Shown here: piece by piece, positions 20,435 through 29,903 of the stretch
Position numbering within the stretch: the stretch's first letter is position 1
Layout of the letters: each line of letters opens with the position of its first letter
NCBI GenBank assembly: GCA_963674825.1
Contig: OY771587.1
Location: 2,976,001 to 3,040,000 of the forward strand
From: Candidatus Cloacimonadales bacterium
GTDB taxonomy: Bacteria; Cloacimonadota; Cloacimonadia; Cloacimonadales; JAIOQZ01
Reading direction: 5' to 3'
DNA length: 64,000 bases
Notes under the pieces: model-generated
Told to the model about the DNA's origin: nothing
Databases searched by the model: none
What the model saw: only the letters and a program-made list of their open reading frames with translations
Translations under genes and position numbers: made by a program

Positions 20435-20552
20435 ATTTAAATATGACTCTTCTCAATATTAAAGCTCAAGTGAGGACTGCCGCGTAAATATTCATTGACA
20501 TCCAACATTATCATTGTTTTGTTATGTGTATCTATCACGTAAAGGAATGATG

Positions 20553-21845
20553 ATGCATAAACTGCATATTACGATTTGGATGTTACTTCTCTCAACGCTA
20601 TTGAGCGCAACCCATAATTTCACAATCAACGGCGAGAACGAAACGACTGTCAGCATTGGGGACACGCTCGAAGTCTATTTTGAATTCGAGGCTTCAGGTA
20701 ATTCTGCAAGCTACAGCGTGTCCATCGATCTTCTTGGCGTACAGCTTCCCGGTATGCAATCGGAAGACGAACCGCTCATCGATGGCGGGATTATGGATGA
20801 GACAGGAATCGATGGTGTCTTTTTGAAGCATATGAGCAACTTCATCTCGATACCGGAAGCTGCCAGTATTATTATCACGATAACGGATCAGGATGTCTCG
20901 GACTCGGTAATCCTACACTATGAACAACTCCAAACGGATTTCTCCATCTCCGGCAATGTGAATTACGAGGGGCAATGGATCGATCCTCCTGTGATTGGAG
21001 GATTTGTTTACTGCTTCTACAATGTCTCGCCGTTGGAAATGGTGGAGATCTTCCAGGATTTCGACTTGGCGGTCTTCCTTGATTACATGAGTCAGGGTCA
21101 CTATCTTCTGTCCGACACGACAGGTTTATTTGGTGATTACCAGATATTCGTTCCGGAGGATATTCCTGATGTTTCTTGCATGGTGGGAGTTAATAGCCTG
21201 CTCGATGCAGAGGGAAGCTATATCTCGCCCGGGACACAGATGGTGACTGTGAATGGCCACATCACGGATGTCGATATGATCTATTTGATACCCGATGGAT
21301 ATTTCGCAGGCTCGATCTCCGATTCGCTGGGGAATCCCTTGAGCAATGCGGCTGTATTTGTGTCTGATCTTGCCGATTCAACCTTCTTCATGTCCTTTTA
21401 TGCCGATTCTCTTGGAGCTTTTTCAAAAGCTATGCAGAATGGAAGTTACTGGTTCCGGGTGAATCGTTTTCCATATACATCCTATGAGAACACCTTTATC
21501 ATCTCTGACAGCAATTATTATGAAGATATCGTTCTTGAAGGCGACTCGTTGATTGTTCCGACCGATCCCACAACTCCTGAAGGTATTGAGATTGTACTTC
21601 TGGAGCATCAGGTGCTGATAACCTGGAACAGTGTCGGACTAGTGGATGGGTACACGGTCTATTCATGTAGCACAGCGGATGGGGAGTATGAAGAAGACCT
21701 GACCGGAGTCTATATGGGAACAGCATGGAGAGCCCCGTATGATGGAGAGCGAAGATTCTACCGGATTGTTTCGTTTGTTGCCGATGATACGAGGCGAATT
21801 GAAATACTTCGCAGAAATTCTGTTCCAGGCACACTTTACCATTGA
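20553..21845 (+). CDS. Secreted beta-sandwich protein (carboxypeptidase-regulatory-like domains), paralog A, FN3-like C-terminus
   Basis: Signal peptide ending LSA; collinear with 21902-23203 over ~330 aa. Confidence 0.75.
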   Translation: MHKLHITIWMLLLSTLLSATHNFTINGENETTVSIGDTLEVYFEFEASGNSASYSVSIDLLGVQLPGMQSEDEPLIDGGIMDETGIDGVFLKHMSNFISIPEAASIIITITDQDVSDSVILHYEQLQTDFSISGNVNYEGQWIDPPVIGGFVYCFYNVSPLEMVEIFQDFDLAVFLDYMSQGHYLLSDTTGLFGDYQIFVPEDIPDVSCMVGVNSLLDAEGSYISPGTQMVTVNGHITDVDMIYLIPDGYFAGSISDSLGNPLSNAAVFVSDLADSTFFMSFYADSLGAFSKAMQNGSYWFRVNRFPYTSYENTFIISDSNYYEDIVLEGDSLIVPTDPTTPEGIEIVLLEHQVLITWNSVGLVDGYTVYSCSTADGEYEEDLTGVYMGTAWRAPYDGERRFYRIVSFVADDTRRIEILRRNSVPGTLYH

Positions 21846-21901
21846 CATCTTGATCATTACAAATATTGTGCATGGCGAAAGCATATAACAAAGGAGTCTC
21901 A

Positions 21902-23203
21902 ATGAAAAAGATAGTGTTTTTTGTTTTGATGCTGACACTGGCAATGATGCTGAGCGCGGTACACAACTTTACGATAAACGGTGCGGAAGAGACAACCATT
22001 TCCGTTGGCGATTCTCTGGAATTCTATTTCGAGTTCGAGACAATCGGCAATGCGGCAAGCTACTCGATCTCAATCGACTTGATGGGTTATGAAGTCCCGG
22101 CGATCGAATCGAACGAGCAATCGTTTGCCGATGGTGGAGCGCTGGACGAAACCGATGAGGACGGTGTTTTCCTGATGCACCTGAGTAACTTTGTCTCCAT
22201 TCCCGAAGCTGCTTCGGTGATCATCACACTCACCGACGAAGAGATTTCCGATTCGGTTACACTCCATTTCGAGCAGCTTGATTCAGATTACTCGATATCC
22301 GGAAATGTAACGTCAGAAGGTTCGTGGTTTGATATGCCGGTTCCCGGTGCGCTGGTTTACTGTTTCTACAACGTTGGCGTGGAAGATATCATGGATCTGA
22401 TCGAGAATTTCACGGTGGAAGCCTTACTTGCATACATGCAGCAAGGCCACTATATCCTTTCGGAGATGACCGGCATTCTCGGAACCTATCAGATTTACGT
22501 GCCGGACGATGTGGTAGATGCCACCTGTCTTCTCGGAGTGATGAGCCTCCTCGATATCGAAGGAAGCTATGTAGCGCCAGATGCACAGGTTGTTCAGGTA
22601 AACGGTCATATTAATGGTGTCGATTTCTTCTATGCCCAACCCGATGGATACTTCGAGGGTATCGTAATGGACGCACAGGAGAATCCCGTTGGGAACGCTG
22701 CAATCTTCATCGTGAACCAGGAAGATGTGAGTGATTACACTGTCGCAAGCACCGATTCAACTGGCGTTTTTTCTATCCCGCTGCTGAACGGAACTTACGA
22801 TTTTACAGTAACCCATTTTATGTACGCGCAGTACGAAGGTACTTTCGATATCTCGGATGGTGATTACTACCTGGAGGTTGTTCTGCAGGGTTACGCGAAC
22901 GACGATGAGACCACACCGGATGCAATCTCAGGATTGTCGATAAGCTGCTATCCGAATCCGTTCAATCCAAACGTAACAGTCTCCTACAGTATCACGTCTC
23001 CAGGCGAGACGACTATGAGGATCTTTGATGTCCGTGGACGGCTTGTCTACTGCGTTACGCGGTACGATAGTATGCAGGAAGCCGGTTCGTTCAGATGGGA
23101 TGGCGTAAATCAGGATGGGAAACCGGTTGCGTCGGGAATCTACCTGATCCGCGTACAGCACGACAGTGATATGATGACTCGTAAGGCGATGCTACTGAAG
23201 TAA
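21902..23203 (+). CDS. Secreted beta-sandwich protein, paralog B, with T9SS-type-A-like CTD
   Basis: MKKIVFF signal after AAGGAG; CYPNPFNP...SGIYL...RKAMLLK. Confidence 0.8.
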   Translation: MKKIVFFVLMLTLAMMLSAVHNFTINGAEETTISVGDSLEFYFEFETIGNAASYSISIDLMGYEVPAIESNEQSFADGGALDETDEDGVFLMHLSNFVSIPEAASVIITLTDEEISDSVTLHFEQLDSDYSISGNVTSEGSWFDMPVPGALVYCFYNVGVEDIMDLIENFTVEALLAYMQQGHYILSEMTGILGTYQIYVPDDVVDATCLLGVMSLLDIEGSYVAPDAQVVQVNGHINGVDFFYAQPDGYFEGIVMDAQENPVGNAAIFIVNQEDVSDYTVASTDSTGVFSIPLLNGTYDFTVTHFMYAQYEGTFDISDGDYYLEVVLQGYANDDETTPDAISGLSISCYPNPFNPNVTVSYSITSPGETTMRIFDVRGRLVYCVTRYDSMQEAGSFRWDGVNQDGKPVASGIYLIRVQHDSDMMTRKAMLLK

Positions 23204-23215
23204 GAGATTGAGAAT

Positions 23216-23250
23216 CCCTCTACTTTCCTTTTCCCAAGCATGGGCGAAGG
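23216..23250. repeat. Degenerate palindromic intergenic repeat copy
   Basis: CCCTC...CCTTTTCCC-AAGCAT-GGGCGAAGG. Confidence 0.45.
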
Positions 23251-23272
23251 CAATGAACACAAAGGAAACGAT

Positions 23273-23479
23273 ATGAAACGACTTTTTCTGGTTATACTTA
23301 CCGTATTGATTCTGTACTTTTTAAAGAGCATGTTATTCTACTTCTTCAAGTTTGACTGGCAGCTATTCCAGACACCCTTCAGTGCTGGATATCTTCTGAT
23401 CGATTTTTGCGTGTGGCTGGCTCAATTCATCATCGGCTATCTTTTGATACGGCATTTCTGGACAAAATATCGCAACTAA
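23273..23479 (+). CDS. Small 2-TM membrane protein
   Basis: AAGGA RBS, two hydrophobic segments. Confidence 0.55.
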   Translation: MKRLFLVILTVLILYFLKSMLFYFFKFDWQLFQTPFSAGYLLIDFCVWLAQFIIGYLLIRHFWTKYRN

Positions 23480-23747
23480 ATCAGTCATCGGGGAGTTTCG
23501 CTAATTCTTTCAACGGAATAGTTTGACAAGAATATACGCCTCTCAAAAATTGAGAACTTGCACCGTTTCCATTTCTGATCGCATTAATTGATCGCGAAAT
23601 GGAACTGGAACTGACTGAGACTCTTTAGGTTCCGCGAAAACACAATCTGTCGCCCTATGGCGATCGATTGGTTTCATGCGGTTATTTCGAGCTGTCCGTT
23701 CAAGATTTAAAACAAAATAAAATAGAAAGGAAACCAACGGGGGACTT

Positions 23748-25802
23748 ATGAAAAACTATGATATGAAAAACATTCGCAACATCCTGTTCGTGGGTGGCAG
23801 TGGTTCTGGTAAAACCACGCTGATCGAGCACATGCTCTACAACGCGAAATCAACCAGCAGAATCGGAAAAATTGATGACGGAAACACAATGATGGACTTC
23901 GATGCGGAGGAAATCGAGAAGAAGATGTCAATCACTCTTTCGATGGGACACCTGGATTGGAAGAACTACCGCGTCAACATGATTGATGCCCCCTCTTACC
24001 CTGATTTCTACGGCGAGCAGATTGCCGGATTCGCAGCAGTTGAAACCGCAATGCTGGTTGTTAACGGCGCTGGCTCATTCGATGTCAGTATTGAGCTTCC
24101 GCTTGAACTGATGGCAAAGAACGAAGGTATTGCTAAGGCGATTATCGTTAACCGTCTCGACAACGAACACGCCGACTATCAAAAAGCTATCGATATGATC
24201 CAGGAAAACTCCGAGATCATTCCTGCTCCGCTGATCATCCCAATCGGAAAAGAAAACACCTTCACCGGTGTTGTCGATATCATCAAAGGCAAGGCTTTCA
24301 TCGATGGTAAAGCAACCGATATCCCTGCCGACATGGCAGACGTTGTAGAAGAAGCACGCATGAAGCTTATGGAAGCCGTTGCTGAAGCTGACGATGCACT
24401 TCTTGAAAAATACTTTGAAGAAGGCGAGCTGACTGATGAAGAACTCGTCACCGGCGTAAAGAAAGGTATCAAGAAAGGTTTGGTTATTCCGGTCTTTGCA
24501 TGCTCCGCAGTAAAGAACGTCGGTGTTGACATCCTTCTCGATGCTATTATCGATTACCTTCCGTCTCCGGCAGATCATCCTGAAGTACCGGCTGAGATCG
24601 ACGGCAAGGTCCAGACAATAAAGATCTCCGAAGATGGCGACCTCTACGCATACATCTTCAAATCATTTGCAGACCCGAACATTGGCGACATCGCGTACGT
24701 TCGCGTCTTCTCCGGTACGCTTCGTAGCGGTATGGACGTACTCGTCCCCGAGAAAGACGGTAAGGACAAGATCGGTGGTATCTCCTACGTTCAGGGTAAA
24801 AACCGTACCGACACAACCGAGCTTCGCGCCGGTGAAATCGGTGGTCTGGTCAAGCTTAAACTCGCTCGCGGTATGAACTCTCTCGTTCCTACCAATGCGA
24901 AGTATCGCTACCCCACGCCGAAGCTTCCTTCCCCGATTTACTGGCAAACGATCCGCGCAGCCAACCAGAGCGACGAAGACAAGATCGGCGCAGCGCTTAC
25001 CCGTCTTCTCGACGAAGATCCTACCGTGGTTCTCACCCTCAACACCGAGACTCACGAGCAGATCATCTCCGGTGCTGGCGAACAGCAGATCGGCCTTGTT
25101 GTGAAAAACCTCATGAAGCGCTTCAAAGTTGAAGCGGTTCTCGATACACCTCGCATTCCTTACCGCGAGACCATCACCGGCAACGCTGACGAACGCTATC
25201 GTCACAAAAAACAATCCGGTGGACGTGGACAGTACGGTGAAGTCTATTTCCGTCTGAAACCATCCGAGCGCGGCAAGAATTTTGAGTTCATCGATTCGAT
25301 CGTTGGCGGCCGTATCCCCAGCAAGTTCGTCCCGGCTATTGAGAAGGGCGTTGTCGAAACGATGGATAGAGGCGTTATCGCCGGCTACAAGGTCGTTGAC
25401 ATCAGCGTGGAAGTCTATGACGGTTCCTACCACGATGTTGACTCTTCGGAAATGGCGTTCAAGATCGCGTCCTCGCAGTGTCTTAAGGCCTGTTTCGCGA
25501 AGGCGAACCCAATTCTGCTCGAACCGATTCATAACGTGAAGATCGTGATCCCGACCGAATACATGGGTGACGTCATGGGCGATATCTCGACCCGTCGCGG
25601 TAAGATCCTCGGTATGGAGCAATCCGGTAAGAAGCAGATTCTCAACGCGCAGCTTCCGCTTGCAGAGCTGTTCAGCTACTACCCGGCACTCAAGTCGCTG
25701 ACCCAGGGCCGTGGTCGTTTCGAACAGGAATTCTCGCACTACGAACGCGTACCGTACGAAGTTGCTGAGAAGGTCATCGCTGAATACAAAGAACAGGAAT
25801 AA
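23748..25802 (+). CDS. Elongation factor G paralog (EF-G2/FusA2-like, divergent G domain)
   Basis: EF-G domains II-V (YRETI, KQSGGRGQYG, DGSYHDVDSSEMAF, LLEP, TQGRG); G motifs GSGKTT, DAPSY, NRLD. Confidence 0.9.
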   Translation: MKNYDMKNIRNILFVGGSGSGKTTLIEHMLYNAKSTSRIGKIDDGNTMMDFDAEEIEKKMSITLSMGHLDWKNYRVNMIDAPSYPDFYGEQIAGFAAVETAMLVVNGAGSFDVSIELPLELMAKNEGIAKAIIVNRLDNEHADYQKAIDMIQENSEIIPAPLIIPIGKENTFTGVVDIIKGKAFIDGKATDIPADMADVVEEARMKLMEAVAEADDALLEKYFEEGELTDEELVTGVKKGIKKGLVIPVFACSAVKNVGVDILLDAIIDYLPSPADHPEVPAEIDGKVQTIKISEDGDLYAYIFKSFADPNIGDIAYVRVFSGTLRSGMDVLVPEKDGKDKIGGISYVQGKNRTDTTELRAGEIGGLVKLKLARGMNSLVPTNAKYRYPTPKLPSPIYWQTIRAANQSDEDKIGAALTRLLDEDPTVVLTLNTETHEQIISGAGEQQIGLVVKNLMKRFKVEAVLDTPRIPYRETITGNADERYRHKKQSGGRGQYGEVYFRLKPSERGKNFEFIDSIVGGRIPSKFVPAIEKGVVETMDRGVIAGYKVVDISVEVYDGSYHDVDSSEMAFKIASSQCLKACFAKANPILLEPIHNVKIVIPTEYMGDVMGDISTRRGKILGMEQSGKKQILNAQLPLAELFSYYPALKSLTQGRGRFEQEFSHYERVPYEVAEKVIAEYKEQE

Positions 25803-25826
25803 CTGTAAAGCTTACACGGAGGCACC

Positions 25827-26576
25827 ATGTCTGGACACAATAAATGGAGCTCAATCAAGCATAAAAAGGGAGCGGCCGACGCAAAGCGCGGTAAGCTGTT
25901 CACCCGTCTGGCGAAAGAAATCATCGTTGCTGCCCGTAATGGTGGCGGTGATATCGAAACCAATCCGCGTCTGCGCACAGCAGTAGCGAACGCCCGTAAC
26001 GCGAACATGCCGAAAGATAACATCGAAAAGGCTATCAAGCGCGGAACCGGCGAGATCGAAGGCGTAAGCTACGACGAATACATGTACGAAGGATACGGCC
26101 CGAATGGCGTCGCAATCATCGTAGAAACCATGACCGACAACAAGAACCGCACCGTCGCGGAAGTTCGCCACATCTTTACCAAGTACGGCGGAAACCTCGC
26201 GGAAAGTGGCGCAGTATCCTGGAATTTCGAACAAAAAGGTTCGATCATGATTCCGAAAGAAGGACTCGACGAAGACGAATTCATGATGACTGCTCTTGAT
26301 GCCGGCGCGGAAGACGTTCTGCTCGATGACGAAGATTTCTTCGAAGTACTCACGTCAGTGAACGATTTCAACACCGTCCTGACTACACTCGAAGGCGATT
26401 TCACCGTCGAGAAGGCAGAGCTTACCCGCATCCCGAAGAACACGATCGACGCGGACGATTTCGCGGAACGTGTATTCAAGATTATCGAAAAGCTGGAAGA
26501 CCTCGACGACGTTCAGAAGGTCTATGGCAATTACGAAGTATCAGATGAAGTAATGGAGAGGATCGCACAACAGTGA
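25827..26576 (+). CDS. yebC: YebC/PmpR family protein
   Basis: MSGHNKWSSIKHKK, NPRLR, YEGYGP, DDVQ. Confidence 0.95.
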   Translation: MSGHNKWSSIKHKKGAADAKRGKLFTRLAKEIIVAARNGGGDIETNPRLRTAVANARNANMPKDNIEKAIKRGTGEIEGVSYDEYMYEGYGPNGVAIIVETMTDNKNRTVAEVRHIFTKYGGNLAESGAVSWNFEQKGSIMIPKEGLDEDEFMMTALDAGAEDVLLDDEDFFEVLTSVNDFNTVLTTLEGDFTVEKAELTRIPKNTIDADDFAERVFKIIEKLEDLDDVQKVYGNYEVSDEVMERIAQQ

Positions 26577-27061
26577 TCGTCTTAGGTATTGATCCCGGCA
26601 GCCGTATCTTCGGATACGGCTTGCTGGAGATCGAAGGCAGAAAAATACTGGCTGCCGGAAGCGGATCCGTCCGCGTTGACACCACTCTTTCCCTGCCAGA
26701 ACGACTTCTCTTCATCCACAAATCTCTCAAGGAAATCCTCACCGAATACAATCCTGATCACGCTGCTGTTGAAACCATTTTTCACGGCAAGAATCCCAAG
26801 AGCGCTTTCACACTCGGACACGCTCGCGGTACGATTCTTATGACCCTTGCACAGCACGATGTATCGGTATTCGAATATTCACCGCGCGAAGTGAAGCGCT
26901 CGGTGGTGGGAAACGGCAATGCGACCAAGCAGCAGGTGCGCTTCATGATCACCCAGATTCTGCCGCAAATGACACCGCCATCCACCGAAGACGCCGCCGA
27001 TGGACTGGCCATCGCGCTCTGTCATTACAATCGACTGAAATCTGGTCTATTACAACGCTAA
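26573..27061 (+). CDS. ruvC: Holliday junction resolvase RuvC
   Basis: LGIDPG, AVE, GHARG, DAADGLAIALCH. Confidence 0.95.
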   Translation: MIVLGIDPGSRIFGYGLLEIEGRKILAAGSGSVRVDTTLSLPERLLFIHKSLKEILTEYNPDHAAVETIFHGKNPKSAFTLGHARGTILMTLAQHDVSVFEYSPREVKRSVVGNGNATKQQVRFMITQILPQMTPPSTEDAADGLAIALCHYNRLKSGLLQR

Positions 27062-27081
27062 TGCACTTGACGAGGTAGGCT

Positions 27082-27675
27082 ATGTTTGCATATCTGAACG
27101 GCTTGCTGTCTGTAAAGGAATTCTCCCATGTCATAATCGAATGTGCTGGTGTCGGTTATGAAGTCAATATACCACTCAGCACGTATGGGAAGCTTCCTCA
27201 CACCGGCGAGAAAGCGCTGTTGCTGATCCATTTTGCCATGTCCGAAGACGGTATCCGTCTCTACGGATTCGCCACTGAAGCAGAGCGGGACATGTTTCGT
27301 CTCCTGATGAGCGTCTCGAAAGTGGGCCCCAAGATTGCCCTTGCAGCGCTCTCGGGACTTTCTGTGAGTAACTGGGTCGATGCGATTGAATCGGGCGATG
27401 CACGTTTGATCGCGACCGTACCTGGCTTGGGTAAAAAGACAGCCGAAAGGGTTATCGTCGATCTCAAGGATAAAATCCTTCAGATCAAGCTGCCAGACCA
27501 CGAGAAGGGCGTACAGCGAGACGAGATTACCCAGGAAGCGGAGTCTGCCCTTATGGCGCTGGGTTATAAAAAACCGGAGATCGACAAGGCCCTCAAGAAG
27601 GTCTATGTGCCGTCGAAGTACAGCGATGTCGAGATTCTTATAAAAGATGTCATACGTTTTCTTTACAAGAAGTAG
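27082..27675 (+). CDS. ruvA: Holliday junction branch migration protein RuvA
   Basis: GVGYEV, LYGF, VGPKIA, PGLGKKTAER, ALMALGY. Confidence 0.95.
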   Translation: MFAYLNGLLSVKEFSHVIIECAGVGYEVNIPLSTYGKLPHTGEKALLLIHFAMSEDGIRLYGFATEAERDMFRLLMSVSKVGPKIALAALSGLSVSNWVDAIESGDARLIATVPGLGKKTAERVIVDLKDKILQIKLPDHEKGVQRDEITQEAESALMALGYKKPEIDKALKKVYVPSKYSDVEILIKDVIRFLYKK

Positions 27676-27707
27676 GTAGCGGTGTATATTATCTATGGGA
27701 ACAGTAT

Positions 27708-29030
27708 ATGGTAAACGAACGAGCTGAAGCTTATAAGGTCTTGACGAAAGTCCTGCAGGATAATGCCTTCTCGGATAACCTTCTGCGAAACGTCGGCAAG
27801 AAGATCAAGCGGGACAACGGAAACCACGACCTTTTCTACACCATTGTCAAGGGAACCGTCAAACTGCGAGAACACCTGCACCACATTGCAACTTTTTACA
27901 CAGATAAAGAAAGATTCGAAAATACCCCACTTAAGGTGCGCATCATCATATACATGGGACTGTACCAGCTACGTTACTGCGAGTATATTCCTGATCATGC
28001 CGCCATTAACGAGACTGTCGATCTCGCCAAATCCAAGTTCGACAAGAAGGTTGCCGACTTTATCAACGCCGTGCTACGCGCATATCAGCGTGAGCCGGAG
28101 AAGGTCACCTATCCGGAAGATCCGATCCAGCGCATGGCTGTTGAATACTCATATCCGGAAGAACTGATCAGGACTTGGGTCGATACCTGGGGCGAAGATG
28201 AAACCGAGATGCTCTGCATGTACTTCAACGATGTCCCGCGGCTGAACCTGCGGGTCAACCAGTTGGAGACAAGCACCGAGAAGCTGGTATCGTATTTTGC
28301 ACGAAAGGATATTGTCCTCAAGCCGTGCCAGGCATCCAATATGATGATGACAACCGACCAGCCTACAGAAGTGCTGAACGACGTGGCGTTCGATGAAGGT
28401 TATTTCTCCATACAGGATACAGCCGCCGCGATGGTTGTCGAGCTGCTCGACCCTGTTCCGGAAGAATCGGTTCTGGATCTTTTTGCCGGACCCGGGGGAA
28501 AAACCTCTTACATTGGCGAGAAAATGCAGAATCAGGGCGAGATTATCGCGATCGACCGGATTCCGAACAAGGTCAAGAAGATCAAACAAGCGCTGGAACG
28601 CTTGCAGATAAACAACGTCCGTACCATCGTGGAAGATTCATTCCGTTACGGGCCGGTTGCGCCTGCCTACGACAGAGTGCTTCTGGATGTTCCGTGTACC
28701 GGGTGGGGAGTTTTACAGAAGAAATCCGAGCTGCGCTGGCAACGCGCACAGGATATCAACGAGCTTCTAAAGATCCAGGAAAATGCCCTTTCCTACGGAT
28801 CGAAATTCGTTCGACCGGATGGATACCTCGTTTATAGCACTTGTACGATGAATATACAGGAGAACGAAGATCAGATTCGTCAATTCCTGAAGCAACACCC
28901 TGAGTTTGTCCTTGTCGATGCGACATCGAAGATTCCTGCGGAGTACACCAGCGAAGGTTTCCTGAAAACCATTCCGCATCGGCACATGATGGACGGCGCT
29001 TTTGCCGCGCTCATGCAACGAAAAGCTTGA
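27708..29030 (+). CDS. rsmB: 16S rRNA m5C967 methyltransferase RsmB (Sun)
   Basis: NusB-like N-terminus; QD, DLFAGPGGKT, DVPCTG, YSTCT, DGAF. Confidence 0.92.
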   Translation: MVNERAEAYKVLTKVLQDNAFSDNLLRNVGKKIKRDNGNHDLFYTIVKGTVKLREHLHHIATFYTDKERFENTPLKVRIIIYMGLYQLRYCEYIPDHAAINETVDLAKSKFDKKVADFINAVLRAYQREPEKVTYPEDPIQRMAVEYSYPEELIRTWVDTWGEDETEMLCMYFNDVPRLNLRVNQLETSTEKLVSYFARKDIVLKPCQASNMMMTTDQPTEVLNDVAFDEGYFSIQDTAAAMVVELLDPVPEESVLDLFAGPGGKTSYIGEKMQNQGEIIAIDRIPNKVKKIKQALERLQINNVRTIVEDSFRYGPVAPAYDRVLLDVPCTGWGVLQKKSELRWQRAQDINELLKIQENALSYGSKFVRPDGYLVYSTCTMNIQENEDQIRQFLKQHPEFVLVDATSKIPAEYTSEGFLKTIPHRHMMDGAFAALMQRKA

Positions 29031-29063
29031 CATCGGGATCAGGTTAACAGGAATTAGAGCGAT

Positions 29064-29660
29064 ATGAAGAACAAAATCATCCGAATCTTGCTAGTTGTCG
29101 GCGGTGCGCTTGGCCTGCTGTTGTGCGTGTTCATCATTGGGTTCTTTGGAACCAATTTGGCGATGAACGTGATCACAAGGCACGGCAAAGAAGTGAAAGT
29201 GCCGGTTGTGACCGGGCTTCAGTTCGATGTCGCTCGTAAACGCTGTAGAGAACTCAACCTCTACATCCAGGAAATCGATCGTCAATACAACGACGAATTC
29301 AAGAAAAACACTATCATCACCCAGAAGCCGGAAGGGAACGCCAGTTCCAAGATCGGCAGGGTTATCGAGGTGGTGGTCAGTGAAGGACCGGAGCTGGTTT
29401 CCGTGCCGTCGCTGGTCAATATGACTCGCAAAGAAGCTCGCTTGACGCTCAACAACATGGGCCTGGCGATCAATAAAAAAATCCAGACACGCTATTCCGA
29501 GGATGTCGATAACGGTCACATCATTTTTACGCTACCGTCATCCGAATCGATGGTACCAAAAGGTACCGAAGTTACGCTCTTCATAAGCCTCGGTAAGCTT
29601 CCGGACAGCTCGCCGCGCAAACGCATCCACGAAGAACTGCTGGATAACGTCGGAGATTAA
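29064..29660 (+). CDS. Membrane-anchored PASTA domain protein
   Basis: One TM followed by two VPxxxG...L...I.Q.P...V.VS repeats. Confidence 0.85.
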   Translation: MKNKIIRILLVVGGALGLLLCVFIIGFFGTNLAMNVITRHGKEVKVPVVTGLQFDVARKRCRELNLYIQEIDRQYNDEFKKNTIITQKPEGNASSKIGRVIEVVVSEGPELVSVPSLVNMTRKEARLTLNNMGLAINKKIQTRYSEDVDNGHIIFTLPSSESMVPKGTEVTLFISLGKLPDSSPRKRIHEELLDNVGD

Positions 29661-29683
29661 TAGCAACCATTTCTCACAAATTG

Positions 29684-29710
29684 AAAGGCTGACACACGTC
29701 AGCCTTTTTT
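29684..29710 (+). terminator. Rho-independent terminator
   Basis: AAAGGCTGAC/GTCAGCCTTT plus T-tract. Confidence 0.85.
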
Positions 29711-29853
29711 CGTAGCCCGTGTCATGCGGAGTGCAACATAGGAGCGTATCGAAGCACTACGCACAGAACATGAAATCAACATTCGGAAGAGCCTCAATCT
29801 TTTCGTCACATTCAGAAGATGATTTCATGAAGCGGCAGGCTTCAAACCAATAC

Positions 29854-29877
29854 AAAAAGGCTGGCAGTTGCCAGCCT
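29854..29877 (-). terminator. Terminator of the S41 peptidase gene
   Basis: AGGCTGGCA/TGCCAGCCT with a U-tract on the minus strand. Confidence 0.7.
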
Positions 29878-29903
29878 GTTCAGGTATGCATTTGTACAGA
29901 GGA

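Noticed and set aside
24075..25739. Long antisense ORFs opposite the EF-G paralog (up to 358 aa)
   Set aside because: Shadow frames produced by the codon bias of the sense gene; no motifs
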